A stretch of 64,000 nt of DNA from Myxococcales bacterium (GTDB taxonomy: Bacteria > Myxococcota_A > Polyangia > Polyangiales > DASUME01), in NCBI GenBank assembly GCA_047601445.1, contig JASGJH010000001.1:8928001-8992000 (forward strand). Direction: 5' to 3'. The notes below the pieces were generated by a model. The model saw nothing but the letters and a program-made list of their open reading frames with translations, searched no databases and was not told where the DNA came from. Positions 49,089-58,489 of the stretch are shown piece by piece; position 1 is the stretch's first letter, and the number at the start of each line of letters is the position of its first letter. Made by a program: the position numbers and the translations under genes.

Positions 49089-51230
49089 CTACCCGTAGCG
49101 CTTTGCGAGATCGACGAAGACGCGCGTCACGAGCGGCAGGGTCGCCGAGAACACCAGCGCAGTCAGCACGATGGTCACGCCAACGAACGTCCGGCTTCGC
49201 GTGGAGACCGCGGGTTCGTCGGAGGTCACAGCAGGGCCCATCGAGTCGGGCACGAAGACCACGGAGGCGGCGCCACAGATGCTGCCCAGCGCCACGAACC
49301 AAGCTGGCACGAAGTAGCGTGTTTGCAGCCCTTCGATCACGTTCGCGCCGAGCGTCGTTTCGGTCATGTAGAGGACCAGGGCCACCACGGCGACACTGCC
49401 CAGTGCGCCGGTAAGACCTATCACGGCGGGTACCGTGGCTCGAAGTAGGTTTCGGAGCCCGCTCTTCCAGGACAAGCTGTGCGCCCACACGAGCAGGAAT
49501 GACAGCTCGAGCAAGCACGCCAGGGCGAGCACGCGACCGTAGCCGTTGCCCACGGCCCGTGACATGCCGGTGTCCAACCATCCGAGCGGCCCCACGAGGT
49601 TGTGAAGCCGCCAGGGTTCGATGAAGTCGGGAATGTCCAGGTCAAGTGTGTGCAAGGGATGCTCGAGCAGCAGCTTGAGCTGATCCAGCGAATGAATCTT
49701 GCCTGTGCCGCGCGTGGCGCCCGGTCGGTGACGCGCGCCAATCAGTTTGATCCCGTTGTGGATGAGAGGGGTGCTCGTAAGCAAGACCGACGCCCAGAGC
49801 AGCCAAGTCTCGATGCGTCGGCTGGTACGCCCCACCAGGGCTCTGAACATCGACATGAAGGCCTGTCCGACGCCTGCCGGCGGGAGGGACCTCATTCTTG
49901 CGAAGCAGAAGCCCGCGATGGCACTCGGAATGAAGCACGGGATGAGAAATGGTTTGGCCGCTGCGCCCCAGCCCAGCGACAGCATGATGGCCAGGTCCCA
50001 CCAGCGTAGTTCCTCCCAGTACAGGATCATCGCTCCCATCATGATCCCCGTGGACAGCTGGACTCCGTCCGCGGAGACCGCGAACGCTTGCTGGGCGACG
50101 AGCGGCGTGACCACGAAGGCCATGAGAAGGACGGCTCCAACACGACCAGCTCTCCAAGCAAGCACGCCGAGCCGCAGCAGGCATCCGAGGACCATGAGCC
50201 CTTGCAGGATCCGCGCGAGCGCAAGGCCCTGGATCTGTCGAACGGAGCTCTGCGTCTGATTGGGCAGGAACAGCTTCGAGGCGATCACACCGGGATAGGC
50301 GAAGGCATCCGAATAGCCGTTTACCGGTTCTCCGCAGGCGAGGGCACCGCTCGGTATGCTCGGTCGCGGTGGCGGCAAGCCGCGCGGATTCCGCGGGTTC
50401 GTCGTCAGCGTAGGCACGCAGTCACGGGAACTCAGCCAGTGCTCGATGTCGATGTGGGATTGCTCCCAATGCGTCAGCTCGTCGGGCACGGAAAACAGCG
50501 GCTGAGCGAAGGTGAGGCAAGCCCCGAGCAAGAGGAAGGAGAGGGCGAATGCGGCGAAGGGACCAAAGTAGAGCTCGTGTGCGGCTCGACGGGCCTTGGC
50601 GTCTCGCCGGCTGCGCCGACGCAGCCAGGTAAAGAAGAGTTCCAGGACGACCCAGATCAAACTGCTGGCGATGGCCCAGACGAACGCGCTTCCGATGCGC
50701 GACAACACGTCCTCTTGAGCGGTCCCTGGCGGCAGCGAGAAGTCGAAAAATGGGTCGGGACCCTGTAGCTGGAGGACCAGCTCGTCCGGTCCGCCGGGCA
50801 GCAAGGCAATGCCGTTGACGCCACCGAGTGTGTTGCGCAGCTCCTGGATCCCGAGCGCGGTCGTGGTCCAGCCCGCGCGGATCTCGATGCGACGCAGCGC
50901 AATCGAGCCACTAGCGGAGCCCGGATCCAAGCGGAGCTGCTTCCATGGACCCGGTCCACCGGTGATCCGATAGCTCTGCCAGCTGCCGTTCGTCTTGATC
51001 GGGAACAGCGTCGAGTGGTCAGGATGGTAGCCCGCCCCATCGTTCCAAAACATCTGGCCATCGGAGCCGGCTTGGGAACGCATCTCGACGGTCACGTCGA
51101 CATCCCCGCCGATCACGAATGCGCGCAGGAGCAGCACCAAGGCGCCTATCACGGCGGCACGGCGGACGAGCGAGGGCCAATCCCAGCCGTCCGTGGCTGC
51201 GGGGGGGTGGTCAGAAGGTTCGGGGGCCAT
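49089..51230 (-). CDS. DUF2142-like GT-C membrane protein with extra N-terminal extracytoplasmic beta-sandwich domain
   Basis: PLFSVPDELTHW, VSADG, GPLGWLD and GLQTRYFVP; N-terminal GQMFWN...WQSYRI...QLRLDPG domain between TM helices. Confidence 0.78.
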   Translation of the reverse strand: MAPEPSDHPPAATDGWDWPSLVRRAAVIGALVLLLRAFVIGGDVDVTVEMRSQAGSDGQMFWNDGAGYHPDHSTLFPIKTNGSWQSYRITGGPGPWKQLRLDPGSASGSIALRRIEIRAGWTTTALGIQELRNTLGGVNGIALLPGGPDELVLQLQGPDPFFDFSLPPGTAQEDVLSRIGSAFVWAIASSLIWVVLELFFTWLRRRSRRDAKARRAAHELYFGPFAAFALSFLLLGACLTFAQPLFSVPDELTHWEQSHIDIEHWLSSRDCVPTLTTNPRNPRGLPPPRPSIPSGALACGEPVNGYSDAFAYPGVIASKLFLPNQTQSSVRQIQGLALARILQGLMVLGCLLRLGVLAWRAGRVGAVLLMAFVVTPLVAQQAFAVSADGVQLSTGIMMGAMILYWEELRWWDLAIMLSLGWGAAAKPFLIPCFIPSAIAGFCFARMRSLPPAGVGQAFMSMFRALVGRTSRRIETWLLWASVLLTSTPLIHNGIKLIGARHRPGATRGTGKIHSLDQLKLLLEHPLHTLDLDIPDFIEPWRLHNLVGPLGWLDTGMSRAVGNGYGRVLALACLLELSFLLVWAHSLSWKSGLRNLLRATVPAVIGLTGALGSVAVVALVLYMTETTLGANVIEGLQTRYFVPAWFVALGSICGAASVVFVPDSMGPAVTSDEPAVSTRSRTFVGVTIVLTALVFSATLPLVTRVFVDLAKRYG

Positions 51231-51236
51231 CGGAGC

Positions 51237-54200
51237 TCAAGACAGTTGGCTAGGGTTGTGCAATCGCGGAAGCCTGGACCACCAAGCCCACCCGAAGTCG
51301 TCCGCCGCGTCCGTCAGATTGGGACTGTAGGCGGGATCGTGACGAAGAGCGATCGCCCAGCGCGCAAGCATGAAGTCGGCCTCCGAGGCCAGACGCGCAG
51401 CCTTCTCGGGCGTGTTCTCCTGTCCGCGGCTCGCCGACTCGTGGTGGTAGAGCTCTGCGTACGGAGTCCACACGTTGCGGTAGCCGGCTTCGCGCAGGCG
51501 AAGGCAGAAGTCCACGTCGTTGAAGGCGACCTTGAGGTCGACCTCATTCAGCCCACCGACTTCCTCGAATACCGACTTGCGCACGACCAGGCAGGCGGCC
51601 GTAACCGCGGACAACGTTTGGCGCAACGCCGCCCGATCGAGGTAGCCACGCTGGCTGCGTCGTAGCCCGCGGTGCCCGTGGGCAGCCACGATGTTTACTC
51701 CCACGAACACGCCAGCATGCTGCAACGTGTCGTTCGGGTACCAAAGCCGCGCCCCCACTGCGCCAACACCGGGCTGCAAGGCGACGCTCACCATTTCGGT
51801 GAGCCAGTCGGGCGACATGATTTCGACGTCGTTGTTGAGCAGGCAAAGCAGCTCGCCCCGCGCGAGCTGCGCGGCCCGATTGTTGAGCGCCGAGTAGTTG
51901 AAGGGATTGTCGTCGCGGATCAGCCGTACCTTGCGGGTCGCGGCCAGGTGATCGAAGTATGCCAACGCGGACGGATCGTCGGAGCCATTGTCGACCAGCA
52001 GGATTTCGAGCGCCGGATAGGACGTCTTCTGCATCAGACTTTCGACGCATTGGCGCACCAGTCCCTCCGCGTTGCGCGTGGGGATGATGATGCTTACCAG
52101 GGGCAGCTGCTTCGGCAGATCGTAGGTGACGCGGAACGCACCGGCCTCGACCTCGACGATGGCCTCCACCTTGGAGCGGGCAAAATGCGCCTCGAGCGCT
52201 CGCTTGCCGCTGTGCATGCTTCTCGCCGTGCCCGGATGCGCACGTCGACTGTAGAGCACGCGCGGGACATGGTGGACTTCGCGGGCGGGAACCAGGTGCT
52301 CGACGCAGCGAAGGTTGAGGTCGTAGAGCTCGGCATCCTCGCGCTCGGCCGCCGCGCCACCGACCTCGTGTAAGAGGTCGGTGCGATAGGCCGCGAGTTG
52401 GCCGACCATGTCGTAGGAGAGGAAGAGGTCGGGATTGAAGTCGCTCTTGAAGCGCGGGTAGTTGCGGGCTCCATCGTGGTCGACGACGTCTTCGTCCGAG
52501 TAGACGAGCTTGCAATCCGGGTGCAGGTTGATGGCTTCGACCAGCCAGTACAGCGCGTGTTCCTGCACGATGTCGTCGTCGCCGAGGAAGACCGTCCAGT
52601 GTCCCTGGGCGTGCTGGATGCCGTCGTTCATCGCCATGGCCTTCGGGCCCAGCGTGGTCTCGAGCACCCTGACGCGCGGGTCCGCATCCGCGAGCTGTTT
52701 GAGGTAGCTCTTGACCTCGGTCCGCGTGGAGGCGTTGTTGACCACCCAGAGCTCCCAGTACGGATAGATCTGCTCGCGTACCGACTGCACCGTCTCCGAC
52801 AGTCGAGCGAGGTCCGGATCGTGGATGGGCAAGATCAGGCTGATCAACGGACGCTGGGCAAAGCTCGGGATCAGCGCCCTGAAGCCGGCACGCTCTTCCC
52901 GACCGAGCGTGTCGTTGCGGCGCAGCCAATCCATGTAGTCGGCGTTCGCGGCGCGCAGCGCCACCTGCTGGGCCTTTTGCTTGGGCTTCGGCTTGGGAGC
53001 CGGAGCCAACGAGGAGCGCCCCGCTGCGAGATCCAACATACGCTTGGTGGCGCCGCCCATGCCCTGTTGCCGCAGCACCTTGCGCACCCGGCGCATGGCC
53101 CGTTCGTAGCCGCCAGGAGGGCTAAAACGCTCGAGGGTCTTGGTCGACGTGCGAAGCGGCTCCGTGATGCGCCAGGAGAGCGATTCTTGAAGCTCCGCGA
53201 CCTCTTTCTTGGAACTGTTGAGCTCACCTTCGAGCTCATGGATGCGCCGTCGCAGGCTATCGCGCTCGTTGCAGGCGTGCTCTTCGGCGCGCCGGCTCGT
53301 GGCCAAGAAGGCGGTCAACGTGGCCGCGCTATCAGCGAGCTGGCGATCGCGTTCGGACAGGGCAGAACGCCATTGGGCGCGCTCGTCTTGGAAGGTTTCC
53401 TGCAGCTCGTCGGTCTCCTTGCCCTTTGCTCCGAGCTGTTCCTCGAGCGCGACGATGCGCCTCGCGAACTCGCTCTCCATGGCCGCCTTGGCTTGCTCCA
53501 GGTGAGCGTGCTGCTCGCGGAGTTCGGCGTTTTCGCTGCGTCGAGCGAGGAGCTCTTCCTCGGGCAAAAGGGCGCTGGCCGTCCAGGGGTTACTGGACTC
53601 GTCGGAAGCCACGGAGATGGCACTCAACGGTCCGCAAACCTTGTCGTTGACTGCGGCCTCTCGTCCGGTGATGCGCCGTTCGCCGAGCAAGTTGTCGGCG
53701 GGTCGCTCCTTGCGGATGATGCACAGGGAGTTGATGAACTCGACCGAATGGATGTGCGCAAGTGACTCTTCGTTGGGCGGGGAATGGAAGTGCTCGGATG
53801 TCGCGCGGAGGACGTCGGCGCGCGCCTTGTGTACGCCCCAATGTTCGTGATTGACCACGTCGGCCAGGCGCTTGAGGAACGCCATCGACGAGAACGGGTA
53901 GTGCAGCCCGCCTTCGAAGTCGGATCGATAGGAGCAGTGAAGGTCCTCGATCACATAGAGGCCGCCATCGTTCAGCATCGGAAAGTAACGCGCGAAGCTG
54001 CGAACGATGTCGCCCGACGTATGGGACCCGTCGTCGATGATGACATCGAAGGACTCGGAGTATTGAGCGATGCGCCGCTGGGCTTCGTCCGTGTTCGCGT
54101 CGATCACGATGACCTTGATGCGCGGGTCATCGAAGGTCAGCGCGGCACAGGCTGGATCGATGTCACAACCGATGATGTGGCGCGCGTTGGGAAAGCGCTT

Positions 54201-54371
54201 GGCCCACAATTCGAGAGAGCCACCATTCTGAACGCCAATCTCGAGCAGGCTCAGTGGCGCCTTTTCGATAGGCGCCATGAGGCGCTGGTATTCGCGCAAG
54301 TAGATATCCCACTTGTCGCTGACCTTGCCCTCGTGCCTGGTGTGCAGCTCTTCGATGGTTTCCGCTGTCAT
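51237..54371 (-). CDS. Methyltransferase + coiled coil + two GT2 domains (WsaE-like architecture)
   Basis: LLEIGVQNGGS, IIDDGSH and YVIEDL; heptad-rich stretch ending SLSWRITEPLR; GT2-1 (YSDED, FKSDFNPD); GT2-2 (VSIIIPTRN, FNYSALNN, LLNNDVE, AVTAACL, NDVDFCL, HHESASRG). Confidence 0.9.
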   Translation of the reverse strand: MTAETIEELHTRHEGKVSDKWDIYLREYQRLMAPIEKAPLSLLEIGVQNGGSLELWAKRFPNARHIIGCDIDPACAALTFDDPRIKVIVIDANTDEAQRRIAQYSESFDVIIDDGSHTSGDIVRSFARYFPMLNDGGLYVIEDLHCSYRSDFEGGLHYPFSSMAFLKRLADVVNHEHWGVHKARADVLRATSEHFHSPPNEESLAHIHSVEFINSLCIIRKERPADNLLGERRITGREAAVNDKVCGPLSAISVASDESSNPWTASALLPEEELLARRSENAELREQHAHLEQAKAAMESEFARRIVALEEQLGAKGKETDELQETFQDERAQWRSALSERDRQLADSAATLTAFLATSRRAEEHACNERDSLRRRIHELEGELNSSKKEVAELQESLSWRITEPLRTSTKTLERFSPPGGYERAMRRVRKVLRQQGMGGATKRMLDLAAGRSSLAPAPKPKPKQKAQQVALRAANADYMDWLRRNDTLGREERAGFRALIPSFAQRPLISLILPIHDPDLARLSETVQSVREQIYPYWELWVVNNASTRTEVKSYLKQLADADPRVRVLETTLGPKAMAMNDGIQHAQGHWTVFLGDDDIVQEHALYWLVEAINLHPDCKLVYSDEDVVDHDGARNYPRFKSDFNPDLFLSYDMVGQLAAYRTDLLHEVGGAAAEREDAELYDLNLRCVEHLVPAREVHHVPRVLYSRRAHPGTARSMHSGKRALEAHFARSKVEAIVEVEAGAFRVTYDLPKQLPLVSIIIPTRNAEGLVRQCVESLMQKTSYPALEILLVDNGSDDPSALAYFDHLAATRKVRLIRDDNPFNYSALNNRAAQLARGELLCLLNNDVEIMSPDWLTEMVSVALQPGVGAVGARLWYPNDTLQHAGVFVGVNIVAAHGHRGLRRSQRGYLDRAALRQTLSAVTAACLVVRKSVFEEVGGLNEVDLKVAFNDVDFCLRLREAGYRNVWTPYAELYHHESASRGQENTPEKAARLASEADFMLARWAIALRHDPAYSPNLTDAADDFGWAWWSRLPRLHNPSQLS

Positions 54372-54557
54372 GTCGGGCCCTTCCACGTCTCGATCCCGCA
54401 ACCGTGCCGAGTTTTAGTCAGGCTCCGTGGGGGTGTCCACCTGGGTTCGCCCGCGGCGAGGGGTGGAGCCCGAGACGGGGCAGCGCCGTCTGGGAGATTC
54501 ACCCCCTCCGCGGAGTTCGCTTGGGCAGCAAGCTGTGAGGTCCCGACGGCCGCGGGA

Positions 54558-56108
54558 CTAGCCGTAGCGCTCGGCCAGATCCACGAACAGCCGCGCGATC
54601 AGGGGAAGGGTGGTCCAGAGCACAAGTACCACCAGGACGAAAGCAGCCACCGTTCGGACGCGTGCCTGGGCGGGCGGGGCTACGACGGCGCTCGGCGCCC
54701 GGGGGGCCCATTCGGTCCCGAGTCCAAGCGAGACAGAGCCGCTGAGGAGCGCGATGGCCAGCACCCAGGTCGGCAAGAAGTAGCGCGCCTGGACACCCTG
54801 GATGAGAGTCTCGCCGACGGCCGTTTCACCCATGTAGAGGACCAGCGCGATAGCGGCGACGCTGCAGGCGCCGGCCACGATGCCGATCAGCGAGGGCGAA
54901 ATCGCTCTCACGAGGCGCTGCCGTACTTCGCGCAGCGATCCATGTCGCGCAGCGATCAGAAAGGCGCCTTCCAACGCCGCACCCAACAGAAGAGTTCGTC
55001 GGTAGCCACCGACCACCGCGCGGGATACGTCGACGTCCAGCCAGCCCAGCGGACCCGCGAGATTTTGCAGTCTCCAGGGCTCCGCGTATTCGGCGATGTC
55101 CAGGCTCAACAGCCGCCATGGGGCGCCGAGAACGAGCCGTAGTTGGGCGGCCTGATCGACGATGCCACCTGGGCGCAGCGTGGGCGTCTCGGTCTGCGAG
55201 ACCTGCATGACGTGCAGTGCGCGCAGGATCGGCAAACACGAGAACACGAGCGCCGCCCAGATGAGCCACCCGCGCAGCTGGCCTCTCCTTGGGTCGAGCG
55301 CAGACACGAAGCCGCGCGCGACATCGGCTAACGAGACGCCGGGGTCACGGCGTAGCTCGGACAACCAGTGGCCAATGAACAGGCTCGGCACGAAGCACGG
55401 AAGCAAGAATGGCTTCGCCGAAGCACCCCAGCCGGTCAGGATGAAAAGCAGAAGGTCCCAGCCTGTCATGCGTTCCAGGAACAAGATGCACGCGCTCAGC
55501 ATCAGGGCATGCGCTAGCTGCGACCCATCCGCCGATACGCCGAAGCTTTGCTGGGCAAACAGCGGGGAGAGCGTGAAGGCGGCCACCAGGAGCACGCCGG
55601 GCCGGTTGGCTGCTCGCGCGAGCGCCCCGAGGCGGAGCAAGCAACCCAGGACCATCAAGCCCTGGAGCAGGCGGGCCAGCGCGATGGCCTGAACCTGCCG
55701 GACGACACTTTCCGTCTGATTCGGCAAGATGAGCTTGGACGCGACGACGCCCGGGTAGGTGAAGGCATCGCTGTAGGCATCGGGCGAGACGCCGCATTGA
55801 AGCGGCGCGAACGAAACGATCGGCACGGGAGGCGGTGCATGAGGCTGCGCCATGGCCATGACGGTCACCGTCTCGATGCATTTCTTGGCGTGGATCGCCT
55901 TCTCCATTTGCAGGTGCGACTGCTGCCAGTGCGTCAGCTCGTCAGGGACCGAGAGCAACGGCTGTGCGAACGCCAGGCAGGCACCGAGAAGACAAAACGA
56001 ACCCGCGTAAGCCCAGTATGCCGAGAAGTACAGACGCGCGGCGGCGCCTGGCGCGCCCAAGCTCTGCCGCAGGTGGTCCGCCAGTCTGCCGAAGAAACGT
56101 CTCGTCAT
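54558..56108 (-). CDS. DUF2142-like GT-C membrane protein (paralogue of 49089-51230)
   Basis: PLLSVPDELTHW, YPGVVASKL, VSADG, GPLGWLD and GVQARYFLP. Confidence 0.78.
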   Translation of the reverse strand: MTRRFFGRLADHLRQSLGAPGAAARLYFSAYWAYAGSFCLLGACLAFAQPLLSVPDELTHWQQSHLQMEKAIHAKKCIETVTVMAMAQPHAPPPVPIVSFAPLQCGVSPDAYSDAFTYPGVVASKLILPNQTESVVRQVQAIALARLLQGLMVLGCLLRLGALARAANRPGVLLVAAFTLSPLFAQQSFGVSADGSQLAHALMLSACILFLERMTGWDLLLFILTGWGASAKPFLLPCFVPSLFIGHWLSELRRDPGVSLADVARGFVSALDPRRGQLRGWLIWAALVFSCLPILRALHVMQVSQTETPTLRPGGIVDQAAQLRLVLGAPWRLLSLDIAEYAEPWRLQNLAGPLGWLDVDVSRAVVGGYRRTLLLGAALEGAFLIAARHGSLREVRQRLVRAISPSLIGIVAGACSVAAIALVLYMGETAVGETLIQGVQARYFLPTWVLAIALLSGSVSLGLGTEWAPRAPSAVVAPPAQARVRTVAAFVLVVLVLWTTLPLIARLFVDLAERYG

Positions 56109-56128
56109 CGCAACGCCGGAGGATTCCC

Positions 56129-57070
56129 TCAGCCTCGAACCTGTGCCGGGTTATCGAGGTACCATTTGTACGTGCGCTCGAGGCCCTCGCGGAGGCCCGT
56201 CTTGGCGCGCCAACCGAGTCCGTTCAAGCGACCCACGTCGACCAGCTTGCGTGGCGTTCCGTCGGGCTTGCTCGTATCGAACACGAGCTCGCCCTGATAT
56301 CCGACCACGTCCCGAACGAGCTCCGCGAGCTCGCGGATGGAGATGTCGTCGCCCACGCCAATGTTGACGATCTCGGGCTTGTCGTAGCTTTCCATCAAGA
56401 ACAGGCACGCATCGGCCAAGTCATCCACGTAGAGGAACTCGCGACGCGGGGTCCCCGAGCCCCAGACCGTTACGGCCGGCACGCGTTGTTGCTTCGCTTC
56501 GTGGAACCTGCGGATCAACGCCGGGAGAACATGGCTGTTTTCCGGGGCAAAGTTGTCCCCGGGCCCATACAAGTTCGTGGGCATCACGCTGATCCCGTGC
56601 AAGCCATACTGTCGCCGGTAGGCGTTCACCATGGTGATGCCCGCGATCTTGGCGACCGCGTAGGCGTCGTTGGTCGGCTCGAGCGGGCCCGTAAGGAGAT
56701 ACTCCTCCTTGAGAGGCTGAGGCGCGTGCTTGGGATAGATGCACGTGGAGCCCAAGAACATGAGCTTCTTGACCCCGTACTTGTGGCAGCCCTCGATGAC
56801 GTTGCACTGGATGTGCAGATTTTCGCGGATGAAGTCTGCCGAGAATCGGTCGTTGGCGAAGATGCCGCCCACCTTGGCCGCGGCCAAAAATACGTAATCG
56901 GGTCGCTCGCTCGCGAAAAACCGGTCCGTCTCGGAGGCCGACGTCAGGTCGAGTTCCGAGCGACTCCGGGTAAGCAGATTCTCGAGGCCACGCGCGCGGA
57001 GGGCTCGCTCGATGGCCGAGCCGACAAGGCCCCGGTGACCTGCGACAAAGATGCGATTGTCCCGATTCAT
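56129..57070 (-). CDS. fcl: GDP-L-fucose synthase
   Basis: VAGHRGLVGSA, LAAAKVGGI, GSTCIYPK, YAVAKIAG, MPTNLYGP, HVLPAL and KPDGTPRK. Confidence 0.97.
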   Translation of the reverse strand: MNRDNRIFVAGHRGLVGSAIERALRARGLENLLTRSRSELDLTSASETDRFFASERPDYVFLAAAKVGGIFANDRFSADFIRENLHIQCNVIEGCHKYGVKKLMFLGSTCIYPKHAPQPLKEEYLLTGPLEPTNDAYAVAKIAGITMVNAYRRQYGLHGISVMPTNLYGPGDNFAPENSHVLPALIRRFHEAKQQRVPAVTVWGSGTPRREFLYVDDLADACLFLMESYDKPEIVNIGVGDDISIRELAELVRDVVGYQGELVFDTSKPDGTPRKLVDVGRLNGLGWRAKTGLREGLERTYKWYLDNPAQVRG

Positions 57071-57213
57071 CGCGGATTCTTATCCCACGGGGCGTCTTGG
57101 CGCATCCCCCGGTCCGGGCCAGCGGGCCATTCGTCTCGGCCCGTCTCGGGCCAATCGGCTACCATCGTGCCGGTCCGGGGCCTCGGGCGCCGCCGGGCAA
57201 GGAGCTGTGACCT

Positions 57214-58443
57214 TTGTTCGACTTCTTCCGCAAGGGACGCCGGCCGGCCCCCGAGCCAGCTCGGCAAGCTGAGCTCGGCCCCCCTGCCAGCGACCCCTGG
57301 GCCTCGTTGGCAAGCCTGTGCGCGCCTGTGGACCCTCGCGCCCTGTGCAGACTGCTCGCCCGAGCTGGGTTCACTCCGGCGGGCTACCGTGCCGCCAACG
57401 CCGACTTGGTGGCGGCCCTGCCCGCCGACGATGCTGCGTCGCTCCGCCATTTTCTCGAGCACGGTATCCACGAGGCCCGCGAGTTTCCCGTCGAGCTGCA
57501 ATGGGATGTACTCGAGGAGATTCGAGCGCTCCCGTTCGAGCATGCGAACACGGGCCGCCAGCTCACGCGCTCGCTCATCAGCGCGTACTTCTGGCCCAAT
57601 CGGCTGGCTCAGGCGACGGCGAAGCAAGCGCTCTCCAAAATCCGTGACTACGGGGGCCGGCCGTTCCTGCTGATCGGCGATAGTCACTCGATGAGCTACC
57701 GGCGCCCTGCCTGGCGCGGCGACGCATGGCTCCTTCCGCTCCACGTGAACTGCATCGCCGGCTCCGCGCGGGGCCTGTCCAACCCAGCGTCGCGTTCGGG
57801 GTATGGGCGTCGCATCCGGGAACTCTGGCTTGAAATGGCAAACCTCGAAGACGCGCCGGGCGTGCCGGTGCTGTGGAAGTTCGGGCAAGTCGACACCGAG
57901 TTCGTGCACACCTTCAGGAGGGTCTCGAAGAACCTGGTCGCGTTCGACGTGGCTGAGTTTGCCCAGTTCAGCCAGCGTTCCGTCGAGGGATACGCAGAAT
58001 TTCTGGCGTCCGTGGTGCCAGCGAGCCTGCGCAGAGAGTCACACGTGTGTTCTATCTTTGCGCCAGCGCTGAGCGATGAGGCTCACGCTCAGGGCTACGT
58101 AAGCGGTCACATCACGTCGCTCGAGTCGGACCTGGATGCCGAGGCCATGCTGACGGCGGTACGTAAGCTCGAAATACCCGATCTGGCGACCCGCACGCGT
58201 ATGCATCGCACCTACAACGCATTGCTGGCGGAGCAAGTTCGCCCGCTCGGGTTCGAGTTCTTGGACGACTTCTCGGCCCTTCTCGGGAACGACGGCACGC
58301 TCGACGAGCGCTTCCGCCAGCATGCGGGCGGCTTTGATCATCACGTGAATTTTCAGGCAAGTGCCTCGGTCCTCGAACCGATATTGTGGGACATTTTGAC
58401 GCCGCGGACCCTTGCGCAGCCCTCGAATCTAGATAAGGGGTGA
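57214..58443 (+). CDS. Hypothetical protein with SGNH-like domain
   Basis: LLIGDSHS, KFGQVD and terminal DHH; N-terminal YRAANADL...HFLEHGIHEAR motif. TTG start follows AAGGAG. Confidence 0.65.
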   Translation: MFDFFRKGRRPAPEPARQAELGPPASDPWASLASLCAPVDPRALCRLLARAGFTPAGYRAANADLVAALPADDAASLRHFLEHGIHEAREFPVELQWDVLEEIRALPFEHANTGRQLTRSLISAYFWPNRLAQATAKQALSKIRDYGGRPFLLIGDSHSMSYRRPAWRGDAWLLPLHVNCIAGSARGLSNPASRSGYGRRIRELWLEMANLEDAPGVPVLWKFGQVDTEFVHTFRRVSKNLVAFDVAEFAQFSQRSVEGYAEFLASVVPASLRRESHVCSIFAPALSDEAHAQGYVSGHITSLESDLDAEAMLTAVRKLEIPDLATRTRMHRTYNALLAEQVRPLGFEFLDDFSALLGNDGTLDERFRQHAGGFDHHVNFQASASVLEPILWDILTPRTLAQPSNLDKG

Positions 58444-58489
58444 ACAGTAGGGGTGAAGGACCAGCCGCACCCCTCAACGGGCAAGCGAG

